A stretch of DNA of 62,996 bases, filler included, from Asterionella formosa (lineage: Eukaryota): assembly GCA_002256025.1 (NCBI GenBank). It is 14 parts of 14 records of this genome, joined end to end, with 100 filler letters (N's around TTAATTAATTAA, not from the genome) between each part and the next. Parts side by side here need not be neighbours in the genome. Positions count along the whole stretch, not along the records: positions 22,652 to 45,199 come from NKIB01002696.1; 13 more parts are not named here. One strand, given 5' to 3'. Shown one piece after another: positions 24,222 to 37,400 of the stretch (positions are counted from its first letter, which is position 1; each line of letters opens with the position of its first letter). The position numbers and the translations under genes are program-made. The notes below the pieces were generated by a model, which saw only the letters and a program-made list of their open reading frames with translations, was not told the origin of the DNA and did no database searches.

Positions 24222-26163
24222 ATGATGGTGCTACGATTCTTCCTTGCTGCCACAGTGCTCTTTGGAACTAGCCAGGGATTTAGTCCAACTCCATTCCTCG
24301 CAAAGAAATCTTCGCTGTTGGCGACGCTGGCTTCTCCGTCAGTAGAAGCGGGTAATACTGCAATCGTAAATGATCTCCTCCAGTCAATTGCAGAATCTCA
24401 GGCATCTTCCTTGGAGTGGACCGAAATGTTCGGCTTGGCTGCCAGAGAACAAGCCTTTTATGCCTTGTTTGAAGGGATTCGCAAGAGTATCACCTTGGGC
24501 TTGCGGGGGAAGCCCTTTGTACTCTCACAAGCGGACGTTGTCATGGCGCTAAGTCTTTCGGAACCTTCACCTTTCGGTGGATACTTCACCTTTGACGACC
24601 TAGCCAAAGCCATCGAGGAAGACTTTCTTGATGCAGGAAGAGGATCTACTGATAATCGCAAGGGATGGAAGGTAAGAACTAGGTCGAATACTTTGTCCAC
24701 ACGTACCAGTGCATCTTCTGATTTTTGTGATTCTAGATGACAACGGTCTCGGCACCCCGAGGCCAGTCGTTTGAAGATGCCCGTATGACTCTTGAAGATG
24801 TTGAGGCTGCTCTCGAAAAGGGAACTGTGATTTTCAACTCAGCTGGTGCTCACATTCCAAAACTTGCGAGTCTCAGTCTTGCTGCTGTTGACGCAACTAT
24901 TTTGCCAAATGCTCTCAATATGTACGTTACAGCTCCCGGTAAAAGGACATCAGCGCCTCCTCATACCGACAAGCAAGATGTTGTAGTGGTTCAAACATCT
25001 GGATCGAAGCACTGGAAAATATACAGCCCCCCTGAACCCTCCTTGAAACCAACTGCTGATATGGTAAGCAAACATTGAACTGAAGCGCAATTGCCGATAC
25101 TACTACGCTTACACTTGTCTTCTAGTTTTCTCGTGGCAAGGGCGATGATAACTTGCCATTCTTTGCCTTGGAGACTGATTTAGGCTGCGAGCTCCTGCTG
25201 GAGACAACGCTACGAGAAGGCGACGTATTGTTCATACCTGCAGCATTCCCTCACACGACGGACACTGCTGACGAAGGGTCAACTACGACATCGATTCATC
25301 TTACCTTTGGTCTAGACTCCAGAGTTTGGGATTTGGACTACTTGTCGTTGAGGCAATTTGCCTTGAGAAGAGCCTGTGTTACAAAAGATGTTTTGGGTCA
25401 GCCTGAGTTATCAGACAACAGATACGTTGGAGCGGTCAACCAGTTACCGAAAGAAGTGCGAAATGACATTTTGCAGGCTCTACCACTTGGATTTTTGGAC
25501 GAGAGATGTGATGCAAGTGTTTTGGATCACGTTGCAAGTGAAGCGCAACGGATTAGTAATGCAGTTGACAGCAGCACATCTATTGACATTTCCCTATGGA
25601 AGGAAGCGACCGATCGTCTTCAGCAACACGGACGTGCAATATTGGATACTCATAGGGACATGTACTTGTCAGCCATCGAAGAAGGACGTAATCGAGACGC
25701 CGAAGCTGAAATGACCGCACACGTGGAAAGTGAAGGCAGGCGAAAAATCTTGTCACCAGAACAAGTGCAGCGCCTCTCTATTTTTAGAGTCAAGCGCCAT
25801 TTTGACCAGATAGAGGAGTACATCACGTCTCTGAGAGAGTGGACTGTTGCAGGCAAGTCGACAGTATCCATCGGGGGAGCTGACACTGTGCCAGAAAATT
25901 GGGCCTTCACTCTTCCTATCAAGATTGGCGATCAAGTAGAAGCGGACCTTGGAGGCGCATTTTTCCCCGCTATCGTAACAAACGCAATCGGAAACTCGTT
26001 TGATGTTCAATTTTTTGATGGGGACAAGGAGTTTGGGTTGTCACGTGATCTCATAAAGCTTTTGGTACCCCCTAAAGCCGATGAGGAAGTCGATACCTCC
26101 ACAATGACACCAAAACAGTTGAAGCGCTGGAAGAAAGAGCAAGAAAAAAAAGGTAACAAGTAG
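24222..26163 (+). CDS. Plastid-targeted JmjC/cupin_4 (ROX/NO66-like) 2OG-Fe oxygenase with C-terminal Tudor-like domain, 604 aa, 3 exons
   Basis: Exons 24222-24671, 24737-25063 and 25126-26163 (GT-AG introns of 65 and 62 bp). Signal peptide ends SQG-FSP. Fe ligands in APPHTDKQDV and FPHTT; QTSGSKHWKIY; Tudor-like IGDQVEADLGGAFFPAIV...FDVQFFDGD. Confidence 0.88.
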
Positions 26164-27344
26164 TTTCATAGATAAGAAGCCTGCCTCAAACAATGACATA
26201 ATACCCAAATTTGTTTAGTCTTCCAGGGTTGTTTGCTACTTGGTAGCTAACACTTGGTTGAAAATTGTTCATAATTCTAGGATGCATTAACATGAAGAAC
26301 TGAAATATAAGCTATAGGAGTAAAAGCTGTGAGATCCAATTTTTCCAGAATGAGAGATATGGTACCTGGTATTTGTCATCAATGGCAAGGGAATCAAGAT
26401 TCCCTGGTCCCGCCTCATCAGTCATCATTAACTGCATCAATTTGGTCAGACATGCATAGCATGGAAATTTTTAGTATTCTTACTACATTGAATATATTAT
26501 ACTTGTAGGTGTGACATAAGGCAAAAGTAAACAAGGGATTATGTGCAGACAATCACGCTCCAAAATAAACACTTACAATAAGCCGTGCATCACATTTAAG
26601 TCCTGCAAAGAAGCGGTTGTGATGGGTGAAGGATTGGCCAAGAGGCAGGAAGGGTTTGGACCATGGAAGGCTTCCTAGCCGCCCAGGCCAATTTTTCATA
26701 ATCACCCAGGAGGAGGTCAGAACAGTGCGAACTACCAGTATTGTATTTGAGTCCTCCAAGTCATTCCTCATCCGGATTACTTCGAACACAAATACCGGCT
26801 AGAGGGGAATAAACGTCAGCGTGGAAAGAAGGGGAGAATTTCTCCCCAAAAATGTAGGAGAATTGCCTATGTAGCTACGGTATGCATTCTCCCCATTTTT
26901 CCACACTTCTTGGTGCCCCGGGGATGACGGGCCGTCATGATTTTGTTTGTTTTGCCTCTGCTGTGAGGTGTCAACGAAAAGAAGTCCAAAGAAATTGATG
27001 AAGCACAAACAATTATTCCCAGTACTTGAATACCTAGTAAGTAGAACGAATCCTGACATCAACGTGGGAAGAGGACTCACTAAATTCTTTGGATGAAATG
27101 ATTCTTTGTTACTTACCGGTATTACCATACCCTTTTTTCCAGTGGTATTACTAGGACCTTCACAGGAAAATCCATTTGGTTTGGATCCTTGTTTCTCATT
27201 ATTTTATTCGTTGAATTTGATGAACTGGCTACGATCCTGAACAAAGTTTTGTAATCATGAATGCAAACTCCTACTTTCTCGCTCGCCGAAACTCAAATCG
27301 CATCGAACCCGACTTTCTCCGTAAGTATAACAACATTTCAATCG

Positions 27345-27744
27345 ATGGCAATTATTGTTCGACAATTTCTCACATTTCGTACCATTTTTGCATTTTTCAT
27401 TGCTGTCTTTCCTTGTTCAGAGGAATCAATGTTCGAAGGTAAGTCATAAAGTCGATCTGATTGGTCATTGGTGCTTTCTCGCTCACAGAATAAAACCTTG
27501 TCGTTTTGCAGACGACGAGAACAACTGCTCTTATGATTTCTGCAAGTCATTGGTTTCGAAGATGAAAGACAAGATCACCATTCCTTCTGAATGTCAACAA
27601 TACCCGGATGTTATGATTGATTTGAAGAGGAGAAACTCAAAGGAGAAATCTCCGTCCGCGTATGTGGGATGCCATGCTGGATTGGTCAGAGAAGCTCAGC
27701 TTACCCGACGCTTAACTTCTGGTCGATCTGGACTACCAAAGTGA
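27345..27744 (+). CDS. Possible small spliced gene or pseudogene of unknown function (~108 aa)
   Basis: Hydrophobic N-terminus; a GTAAGT donor at 27439 and TTTTGCAG acceptor at 27511 join two ORFs in frame. No recognisable domain. Confidence 0.3.
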
Positions 27745-28056
27745 GGATCCCTCTTGGCCAGAAGACCTGATTCTTATTGTTGACATTCGTTTCGTACACA
27801 CGATCCACTGAACGCCTTTCACAAGAAGTTACGTGGAACTCGATATGTCTATTCAGTTACGTTCGAACAAGATCGCTTTGACATGAACAAACAATTTCCT
27901 TTCTATTCACAAGAACATGCACAAGGGATTGGCACACAGATGCCTCCTGTTATCTTTCTGCATGATATGTTTAGTTACTTTTGATGGTGTTATGCGATCA
28001 ATAATGAAGGAAGTAGGCATTCGATAATTACATAATACACGCGTTGCAAGTTAACT

Positions 28057-29070
28057 TCAGCTACGTGGAATAGATTTTGGTAGTTGCGGCCGTAACGCAC
28101 AGTAGAGAGCACTGCCAAGAACAGGCAAGAAGAGAGATCCTGCACCAATCAATGCTGCATTGGATGCATTCTGTGGATTTCTTAGTTTATAATCTTGGGG
28201 AATCAGAGCTGCTGCCGTGATGGACAACAGAGTTAGATCTACTACCGACACACAAGCAAATTTGCTTGAAGAAATCAACTCTTGAAAACCACCTAGTAAG
28301 CTAGTGAAGTCTTCCAAAGCAGGTATGACAGCGTAAGTGACTGCAAAATAAATGAAAGCGACAACTTGAAACCAGTTAAACGCTTTGTTTTCGAGAACGT
28401 TTTGAGTGACCCAGTTCAGTTCATCAAAAACAACTGAATCTTTGGATTTCCCTTTGATAAAAAGATATGGACCTTTCGAAGTTAAAGTAGCAAGAGGTGA
28501 GATTTCGATGTAGAGGCAAGGTCTCGTTCCAAGCAGACAGTGCGTTATCGCCTTACCTAGTACAAAATATCCAAGAAATGTCGAGCCAATCAAGAATGGC
28601 GCAGGTGGGGCTCCTTTGTCTGATGCTTGAGGAAAGATAACACATGCTAAGCAAGCTGGTATGATAACGAAGAGATTGAAGAGGAAGTAATAGAGTGCAT
28701 TAATATCGGGATGGAGCGGATTCTCAATAATTTTGAGAATCATTTCGTTGTCCGACGCTGATTCAAAGGAGCCTGGGGCAATGAATGCAGTGAAAACTAA
28801 AAGCGCGATCCACATTAGGCCGAAAATAGCATTGGAAATTGGAAGCGAGGCGGAGGAGCCCTCCTCGTCCGGCGATGCTGCCATTCTAGCAGTCACTGAG
28901 TGAGAATTTACCGTCGATTTACTGCTAGTTGCGTCATGTTCGCTGTGAGTCCTGAAAATTGCTCGTTTCTGGTGCTGCAAGGCGATTCGACGATGGTTGG
29001 GGACAGCAAGGCGAAAGGCGTCGGTAAGCGACAGAACGAGGCAGACCAGCCAAAGATTGTTTACTTTCAT
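28057..29070 (-). CDS. Plastid-targeted multi-pass membrane protein (DUF2834-like), ~309 aa, 2 exons
   Basis: Signal peptide ends TDA-F. Removing an in-frame 84-bp GT-AG intron (28473-28556) gives FLGYFVLGPYL. Several TM segments; C-terminal LPVLGSALYCALRPQL. Confidence 0.8.
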   Translation of the reverse strand: MKVNNLWLVCLVLSLTDAFRLAVPNHRRIALQHQKRAIFRTHSEHDATSSKSTVNSHSVTARMAASPDEEGSSASLPISNAIFGLMWIALLVFTAFIAPGSFESASDNEMILKIIENPLHPDINALYYFLFNLFVIIPACLACVIFPQASDKGAPPAPFLIGSTFLGYFVLGKAITHCLLGTRPCLYIEISPLATLTSKGPYLFIKGKSKDSVVFDELNWVTQNVLENKAFNWFQVVAFIYFAVTYAVIPALEDFTSLLGGFQELISSSKFACVSVVDLTLLSITAAALIPQDYKLRNPQNASNAALIGAGSLFLPVLGSALYCALRPQLPKSIPRS

Positions 29071-29269
29071 CTCCAGCTGAGGATACTTTTGAGTCCAGTG
29101 TGCAGTTTCCCTTTGAATTTAGTACGGGTACCTTTATAACTTTCACCATTCACGACGCTTACTGCAATTTTTTTCTTCTTCCTTATTGTTGAGGCTAGGC
29201 ACGCCCGAGGTGGTCTATTGCCTGCGAGTACACACATGTATACGAGAAGGCAAGTAGCCGCCGAGAAGG

Positions 29270-29700
29270 GTTGCTATGTCAAGAATATTTTTTAGCTCAA
29301 GTCACAAGGATTGTGGACTCGATTGTAATCCAACGAGTCGAATATTGCATTGCCATGTCAATCAGCTACCGGTATCTAACAAGATCAAGATTGAAGATTG
29401 CTATGGAAATGTTAAGTGGAAATTCGAGGAGAGTCTTAGAACGACTTGTGGGAAGCAAAGATTCATGGAAAGGAAACATTTAGTTTAGCTTATAATTTAA
29501 TTTGAGTTTAGATTATCAATTGAGCGAGGAAACAGTGTGTTAATTGACAGGAAGGTCAATCAGTTTATCTAGCAGGAAGGATAGAAGCAGAGCAGAGAGA
29601 AATTAAGTGGTACTAGGTAGTACTACAAGCACGTAAGAGTCTACGTGAAGAGAGACCCAGCCTGTGGGGAAGGAGTACAGACCTTTTCAACATGTTGAGG
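29270..29700 (+). repeat. LINE-derived 3' fragment; related copies at ~23455-23840 and ~48925-49010
   Basis: Shared TCAAGAATAT...TGTGGACTC.ATT.TA.TCC block, encoding a degenerate CxxC...HxxxC knuckle, and a shared 3' flank. Confidence 0.55.
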
Positions 29701-30440
29701 CAATCCCCACCCAAGCTATTGTCTTGCCATTTGGGTACTTAAAAAGTAATTTTTAGGCTCTAAGTAATTTTTAATTTGGGCAATATGGGGCGCATCGAAA
29801 TTTTTGGCATTAAAATTGCCAATATCAGCATGACAGCCAGAATAACAGTAAAATACATAAAAATGGTACAACAAGTGTAAAACACACAAGAATGATTGTA
29901 ACATGCAATATTAATAAAAATTGAACATGATGTTTGGAGCAACCAAAGTATGAAATGCGATGTAATAAGAAGCTTCAAATGAGAAATAGAGAAAAAAATT
30001 GGGTTAGAAATGAAGTAAAAAATAGGAGTTTCAATGGAGATGTATGAAATGTGACATTGTAGAACTAACAAAGGCAATTCCCGCTCCAGCTGTCGTCTTG
30101 CCGTTCGAGTACTTCTAAGTAATTTTAAGGCTCTAAGTAGTTTCTTAAGTAATTTTTATTAAGGGGAAATATGGGGCATATCGATTTTTTCGGCATTAAA
30201 ATTGCCGATTTTAGCATGACAACCAGAATAACGGTAAAATACATAAAATGGGTACAACAAGCGTAAAACACACAAGGATGATTGTAACATGTAACATCAA
30301 TGAAAATTGAACATGATATTTGGAGCAACCAAAGTATGAAATTCGATGTAATAAGAAGCGTCAAATGAGAAATAGAGAAAATTGTTAGGGGTTAGAAATG
30401 AAGTAAAAAATAGGAGTTTCAATGAAAACGTATGCATTGT
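29699..30440. repeat. Tandem duplication (~374-bp unit x2) of a putative DNA-transposon end; related copy at ~43084-43400
   Basis: Each unit starts GGCAAT(C/T)CC; anchor GTCTTGCC at 29721 and 30095; both end GGAGTTTCAATG. Confidence 0.8.
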
Positions 30441-32379
30441 AGCACTTACACAGGCAACAATGACTTTCCATCACACCATCGAAGAGCCAAACAAAACAGA
30501 TAAAAAGAAAAAATCCAAACCCAATTGAAATCTGCATCGTGATGTCACGTAGATGATTTGGTCGCTGCAACCATGAACATCGCTGTAGTAGCCTGACCCA
30601 AGTTGCTTGCAGTCCTTCCTCCCACAAAACAACCCTGATCATTCCATTCTGAGCGAGCGTGATCGCCAAGCTGCTCTAGAACTATCGACACCCTCTTGCT
30701 GAGTAATTATGTAGCTTGTGATACGAACTCGTAGTAGAAATGTAGCAAAGCGCGTTAGTATAAGAAAGCATTGCTTGTGGCAATATTGACATCATGGTAA
30801 ACGACTATACAAATCAACAAATAAGATCAACAACAGCACATTACCACATCTTCAAAGAGTAGTCATTGATACATACATATGCCCTTGTGTAGAAAGTTAC
30901 AATCGAATCAAAACGACAGTGCGAAACGACAAACAATGACGGAAGCGATCAAAACAGACCATGGAAGCAATCAAATCGGAAATTCGATAAATAGGATCTA
31001 CAATCCACATTCAGTGTTCAACTGTTTTACTCACCAGTCCGCTCTAACAAGCGTAACACGCATCAGACGATGGTCTCATAAGAAAGTCAAAATTTCCTGT
31101 TGCAAGCCCGAATTGAGCAACAGCAGGCAGGATGGAGTGAGAATTAGCTAGCTATAATTGTAAGGACGAAATCGGGCATGGTACGTAAAGTCAATCAATA
31201 TGTGAACCATATAATTTCACATACTGGTCTCGTACAAATAATACTGAGTCTACAGCGATAATATTATAACGTGTTCAAAGTAAGCGTTGAAGTTTAGCTT
31301 GAACCATGCATGGTTGTTTCGAGTACCACATACGTATGTAGGCTAGAGGACTACCAGTAGAATATCCATTAAGCATCATCACATGCATAGCCGGAGCAAA
31401 AACTTGTCACCAACATCAGATGTATTGATATCATCATTCGTCCGACGAAATATGGATAATGCAACTACATGAATCCCTCGAGAAGACAAGCAATCCAACA
31501 ACCAACCGCATCCGTTAGACAACAAATCGATACTGCCATCGTCACTGCACTGATTTCGCTTCAAACCAGTCATGATGGACGATGATCAGCATGGTGAAAG
31601 GTGAATTGCCGGAATCCACTTTTCAGCAGACGAACAAACACGAGGTGAATTTTAGATACAAATTATTGATATCTGTAGAGCATATAAAATGATTTCCTTA
31701 AGTAGAACCCTTGCCAATTACCACAATCCCAGGGCTGGAAAACCGAGGGGCAATTGCTACAAATTGTAATGCCAATATGTTCGCATATGAAAAATACAAA
31801 ATATGTTTTGATGATAGGAAATATCGGACCCATTGCAAAAATTTTGTGTGAAGATAGCAAATATACGAAATATATTAAATATATTTTGTATGCTGGGCAA
31901 CAGTAGGCTAAAATTGACATTTATGCTTTATTTGTGGGCAGAACTGGCACTGCGAGAAGTTCACCTTACGAGTGCCATCCCAGGCAAGGAGTACACATGT
32001 ATACTCAAAGGCATGTAGCCACCAAGAAGGTTATTGCGTGTGCAAGTCAAACCCAACAATTGCTTCTAAAAAATTGCGGGAATTGAACCTCACAACTGTC
32101 AACATCCTCAGATCAAAGGCAACATGCTTAACCACTAAGCCATTGTGCTGCCTTTTTAGGCGGTCGGAGTTTCCCCTAATGCTGCAGCTAAGACAATCAC
32201 CTTTCGCGAAAGGTGGTTGGGAACTTACTTATGCTAACAAACTAGGGAAGTACAGGTCTTGTCGCTCAGCAGGTAGCACAACGAAAAACTTTTCTTGAAA
32301 GAGGGGAGTATGATTGGGCTATAAAGAATACTAATTTTTTATAGTGCGTTGTTGCCTATTACAGGGATGTCAACTGTGC

Positions 32380-33250
32380 AACTGGAGGAGATTCAAAAAT
32401 CTCTATCATACAAAACACACATGGATGTGAAGGCGGGTGCATTGGTGTCACCAATTTTTGCAAACATACAAGACAGAGGAAGATGGCGGCCCAATCCAAA
32501 TTTCGTATCATTTCTACGCCAAGGGCGCAAGTCTGCTGATAAATGGGAAAAGATTCCATAGTCAAGAGATGGGGAAAATCAGGACACTCACAAAACACAA
32601 TAGCTACAAAACATATTTCGAGAAAAAAGATTGCGTTAACACCTAAAATGAGGGAGGATCTGGATTGGGAAAGGTTTGAGGGAGCATACAAATCACAAAC
32701 ACATGGAACAAAAACATTTCTCACCAAAATTTTCATGGATGGCTTCCATGTGGCAACCGCCGCAAACTGTTATCTGATGGAAAAGATGAAGGTCCCACTT
32801 GTGGCCTCAAAGAAGATAATGAACATATTCTAGTCTGTCGAAATCCATGCTCAGTTTACAATCAAGGAATCTGGCTCACATCACTAACGTCGAAACTCTA
32901 CCATATACAAGCAGGAAGAGATACCACCAACATTTAGATTGCGAGTATTAAAGCACCTATATCAAGGATTAGGGTAGAGCAGGTGCATGGAAGTATTGCA
33001 ACTTTGGGAAGTCATTAAAGAAGCATGTAAAACCCGGAATGACGAGCTACACAAGGACTGGAACTCAAGAAAAAGAAAAATCGGCACAAAATGAGAGGAT
33101 TCGAGCCCTATACCGGAAAAAGTGAAATCAGTCATCAAGACATATTTTCAATACAGACTTAGAGATACTATTGAACTCAAGACTGCACAAAACGAGGAGG
33201 TTCCTCGACCAGGCCAATTTCCTAGCAGCGGCTTCAAGTAAATTTGCGGC
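32380..33250 (+). pseudogene. Non-LTR retrotransposon 3' ORF remnant (Ambal-like, zf-RVT region)
   Basis: DLDWERFEGAYKSQTHGTKTFLTKIF, then after a frameshift HGWLP and a PTCGLKEDNEHILVC knuckle. Confidence 0.6.
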
Positions 33251-33806
33251 TATGGGACAAACAAAACTAAGTAAATTTTTCATGGCCTAGGAAAATAGGA
33301 AGAAAAAACGATATTGGCAATTCCCTAAGCGTACAGAGGGTTCTATTAAAACAAATGAAATTTAAGATCCAGGTCCTTGACCTGCACACAGGAAATGCGG
33401 CTCTCTCGGATGGGGACAAGACCAAAGACAGTACAACTTTTTTTACCCAACTCCTCCACAAGGGAGTGATCACCATACAAACTTCCACCGCCCTGTTATT
33501 TGTGCCATGGAGCACAATGCATATGATCCTGTAGTGAGGCTATTACTAATGCGCTGTAAAAAATATTTATTACATTGTTTATACCTGTACCAGTAGCCAC
33601 ATACCTGACACACATTGACAATTGTTCATGTTGACACCCTTATACAATTACAGATAGTTGGAGTCCTCGGATATGTAGGAGTTACATTGAAGAGACTATT
33701 TGCAATGACAAGCTTTTAGTGGTTATTACAGAGCAAAGGTTGAATCTGTCAGGTAGGAACTTATTAACTGTAACATCCGCTCCTGGGAAACAGATGAGTA
33801 GTCAAT

Positions 33807-35420
33807 CTAAAGTGACTTTCGTTTTGGATCAATGATAATCTCATGATTTGATGCAACCAGTGGGCGCCGTCTCTGGCTTCCAAGAGATGAAAAAGTAGTT
33901 TGGAAGCCGCTTGGTGGAGACAGAAGTGTGGTCACTTCTTTTCCTTTCACTTCCTCCTTACCAGACAATGGGGATGAAGAAGGTGATGAAGCTGGCGAGG
34001 ACGATGAAGTTGATGAGGAAGAGGAAGTTGATGAGGAAGAGGAAGTTGAAGTTGACGAGGAAGAGGAGGATGAAGTTGACGAGGAAGAGGAGGATGAGGT
34101 GGAGGAGTCATCACTTCCATGAATATCCTCATCACCCTCATTTCTTTCCATTTCCTTCATCTCATGCTCATCATTTGCGATAGCCAAAACTTCTTGCGTT
34201 TCTCGTGGTTCATGGTTTGCTAGAGCATTGGCTTGCATCCCTTCTTCATTGGGAAAAACTATTGATGTCTTGAGTACCTTTCTCTCATCATCTGAGTAGG
34301 ACGAACTGCCTGATGATGAGCTATGGGACGATTTTGAATCAGTACGTGCATCAAATCCGTTGCCAGCAGTGTTAGCCATCGCTAGTTGACTAACCTGGTC
34401 ACCTGCTGCCTCATTTTCTTGGGCTGACATCACTACTTTCAGTTCTGAATTTGATAGCACTTTGTTGGTTGGTGTAAAATCAACTTGTTCCTTTCGACCA
34501 GTAGGCTTGACATGCATGTTGTCGTATGAGCTGGAAGAGCTCGAATTGGAGGAGGAGCTACTGCTCGAATTGGAGGAGCTACTACTAGTGCAGGAGCTTG
34601 ACGAGGCATCGCTGCTTTGAATCGCCATTTCATCCAAGGGTAAAACACCTGTTGGTGCTTCAATTTTCTTCCTTTTCGGCTGCAAGGGCATCGCCGTCGA
34701 GTCTATGCCTCTCTTCTTCGTTTGTGGAATATGGACGTCACGCATTGCGATAGGGCCAATTGTTTCACTCACTGCAATGAGCTCGCTTTGCGACTCGCGC
34801 TCACGAGCTGGTACAGGACTTTTTTGTCGATTGACGACAACAGGTTCAGCTCGTGTCCCATCTGGTCGCGTCCACAAAAAACTCTCACGATATCGTGAGA
34901 CAACAAAAGTGTACCATTCATGTGGCCGGGGAAGAGCCGTCAATTTGATCGTCTCTTCAACTGGGTCCATCGCGGGTTGCCAAACACGACCGACTCTACA
35001 AATGATTTCAAGTTTTGTCACTAGACTATCATTCCCTAAAAAAGCAAAGATCTGATTAGTGGAATCGAAAATTGTGCATTCGTCACAGTCTACATGTCTC
35101 ATGGCCAGCGAAATGATTTCATTTCCTTTCCCAAAGGAGCATTTGATACTCATTTGTCGACCGCACAGAATCTGTGTAGTAGAAGTACCGCCTGTCAGGG
35201 AGTACAGCCAGTCCATAGGAGCGTCATGGATAATTCGTTGAATGGTGTCTTGAACTGTATCTGTATGATTCACGCTAAGCAGTAATCCATTGAAAGGCGT
35301 ATCTAGCCATGATGGCGTGACCTGGATTAATTTACCCGGAATTTGAGGAGGCGAAAGTGGCGGGATCACAGGTATTAGCGCCTGATGGCACTGGGAGCAA
35401 TGCAGTTGATAAGGATCCAT
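33807..35420 (-). CDS. 537-aa hypothetical protein with poly-Ser tracts and basic NLS-like motifs
   Basis: Long uninterrupted ATG-initiated ORF; globular-looking N-terminal ~200 aa; PKRKK and PKRKSL basic motifs. Confidence 0.75.
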   Translation of the reverse strand: MDPYQLHCSQCHQALIPVIPPLSPPQIPGKLIQVTPSWLDTPFNGLLLSVNHTDTVQDTIQRIIHDAPMDWLYSLTGGTSTTQILCGRQMSIKCSFGKGNEIISLAMRHVDCDECTIFDSTNQIFAFLGNDSLVTKLEIICRVGRVWQPAMDPVEETIKLTALPRPHEWYTFVVSRYRESFLWTRPDGTRAEPVVVNRQKSPVPARERESQSELIAVSETIGPIAMRDVHIPQTKKRGIDSTAMPLQPKRKKIEAPTGVLPLDEMAIQSSDASSSSCTSSSSSNSSSSSSSNSSSSSSYDNMHVKPTGRKEQVDFTPTNKVLSNSELKVVMSAQENEAAGDQVSQLAMANTAGNGFDARTDSKSSHSSSSGSSSYSDDERKVLKTSIVFPNEEGMQANALANHEPRETQEVLAIANDEHEMKEMERNEGDEDIHGSDDSSTSSSSSSSTSSSSSSSTSTSSSSSTSSSSSTSSSSPASSPSSSPLSGKEEVKGKEVTTLLSPPSGFQTTFSSLGSQRRRPLVASNHEIIIDPKRKSL

Positions 35421-36989
35421 GATTTTGCTCTCACAACCAGATGATTGATGCTATGGCACCGATAAATACAAGAGCGGTCAGGGTGAAAGAACAGACACCG
35501 CAGTTGTCAACACACACAAACAAAACGGTATTGTAGACGAGGCTGAGAGGTTCTCCACTAAAATATGAACAAATATATATATAACAATGAGCTACAAGAG
35601 TTGAAACACAGAAGAATTCTTGATTCCTGATTCCCAGTTAGGTCTCCACTTTGCGTGAAGACAACATTTCCCTACTAGTCGTTGTGTTTGATGGAACAAC
35701 GCACAATTCAATACCAAGCTTTATAACCTTCAGACATTTCTTAAAGAACAATGTTGAAGGGCGAATTCTATCAAGTTTTCCCTATGTTTACCAAACAAAC
35801 TTGGTAAACCCTAAACTACGAATGATTGGAGAGACAAATCAGTTCTGTCTAAAGCATTGAAGAACAATCGAATCATCCTATTAAAGGATTGAGGAACAAT
35901 CCAATCATCATATTGCAGATACCTGAAAAAGTATCTCAGTAGAGGAACATCTATGTCCTAGAATCTATCTAGGCTAGATGGATATATATGTTACAAGGAA
36001 GAGGATGTAATCTACTTTGCTACAGCTGTAGGAACTACGAAGAACCTCGCCTCCAAGGAACAAAGAACAAATTCATTTCAGAAACATGTAGGAGTTGCCA
36101 TGTTTCAATCGAAACTACATTTCAAAATTACATTTAGTTTAAGCTCACTCTTTTAGAAAACACACAAGTGAAACTACTAAGATTGTCAACAGAATATTAA
36201 AATCGTAAATTGTACTCCGTACTCATACTACTCACCGAGTTGATTTCTAACTACAAGGAGTAGTCTGTACTCTGCACGACCTGGTATACACGTATCACTC
36301 GACTATGATAATTGTCGTATTGAAGGAATCTACCGGAACCGATCAACGTGAAGGCGAACTTGAAGATTATCTTATAATTGCCAATGACGAGGATGGCTGG
36401 CAGCAGCAAATGTTGTCAAAATAGTTGTATATAAAATAAATGAGCTGATGTGCTCATGATTTTATAATTTTGTGGTTTATTGTGATAAAGCCTCCCTTTT
36501 AGACTTATCTTGTGAACATTGTTGTCTTGATATAATTAAATAAAACCAGAATTTGTGGTTTCAATAATGGGCATCCTTGGAGGTGGATGTATTCAACAAT
36601 TTGTCCAGATTGTTAAAGGTGATGTTGTCTTTCCTTGGTTGGGTGAGCTTTCTTTAGGGGTCAGCAGTGATCAAAACAGGTGACTGCTTTGTCCAGATAT
36701 GCTTTCTTCAGAGTCAGTGGTTTATATAAAACAATGGTGTGTTGATTCTTTTCAATTGACAGGGAATGCAATTTTGCACAGTGTGCAGGAACAGAATTGT
36801 TTGTTGCTCACCATCTCCCAGGCTATGGTAGTCTAGGTCCATGTTGGTATGCTGTTTTATGAGCAATAGAGGGGATAAAAAAATTGCAGGGGGTGTTACA
36901 TAATTTTAGTGGATATATATATGTTGAGGAGTAGCAACTATTGTTACCAGACCACAGGAGCAGAACTACAATGATTGTACTCTCATGAA

Positions 36990-37400
36990 GAATTCCATGG
37001 AACAGGAAGTTCAGTTCAGGAAACTTTATTTGGGGGCTCGTAAATGGAATAGCAATTCCTGCAGATGGATTCCAACATGAAAGATTAACTCATAAGACTG
37101 AAACAATTGGAATCAACAATCAAACAAATCAACCAATGAGGAAGAGTGGATTGAGGTGAAGAACAATTCAAACAAAGTGATAAGATTCATGAAGCCAGAT
37201 CAATTTGGTAAGACCGAGTAATTTGACAAGATTAACAGAAATAGTAATCTGAAGTATTCACAAAACTGAAAAAGGCAAATCTAAAAATCAGATTAGAGCA
37301 TTGTCCAACTAATAGCTAGCTAGTGGAGAAGTAGAAATGGACACTGTATGTCTAGGTACTACTATCAAGGAGATCTGGAACATCTCAACATGTTTCTAAA
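36990..37400. repeat. ~400-bp direct repeat; copy at ~39500-39910
   Basis: Shared GAATTCC.TGGAACAGGAAGTTCAGT and CTCATAAGACTGAAACAATTGGAATCAAC blocks. Confidence 0.85.

Noticed and set aside
32160..32280. Twister or HDV-like ribozyme
   Set aside because: UAAUGCUGC is suggestive, but the required pseudoknot partners and the GAG/P1 arrangement could not be found.
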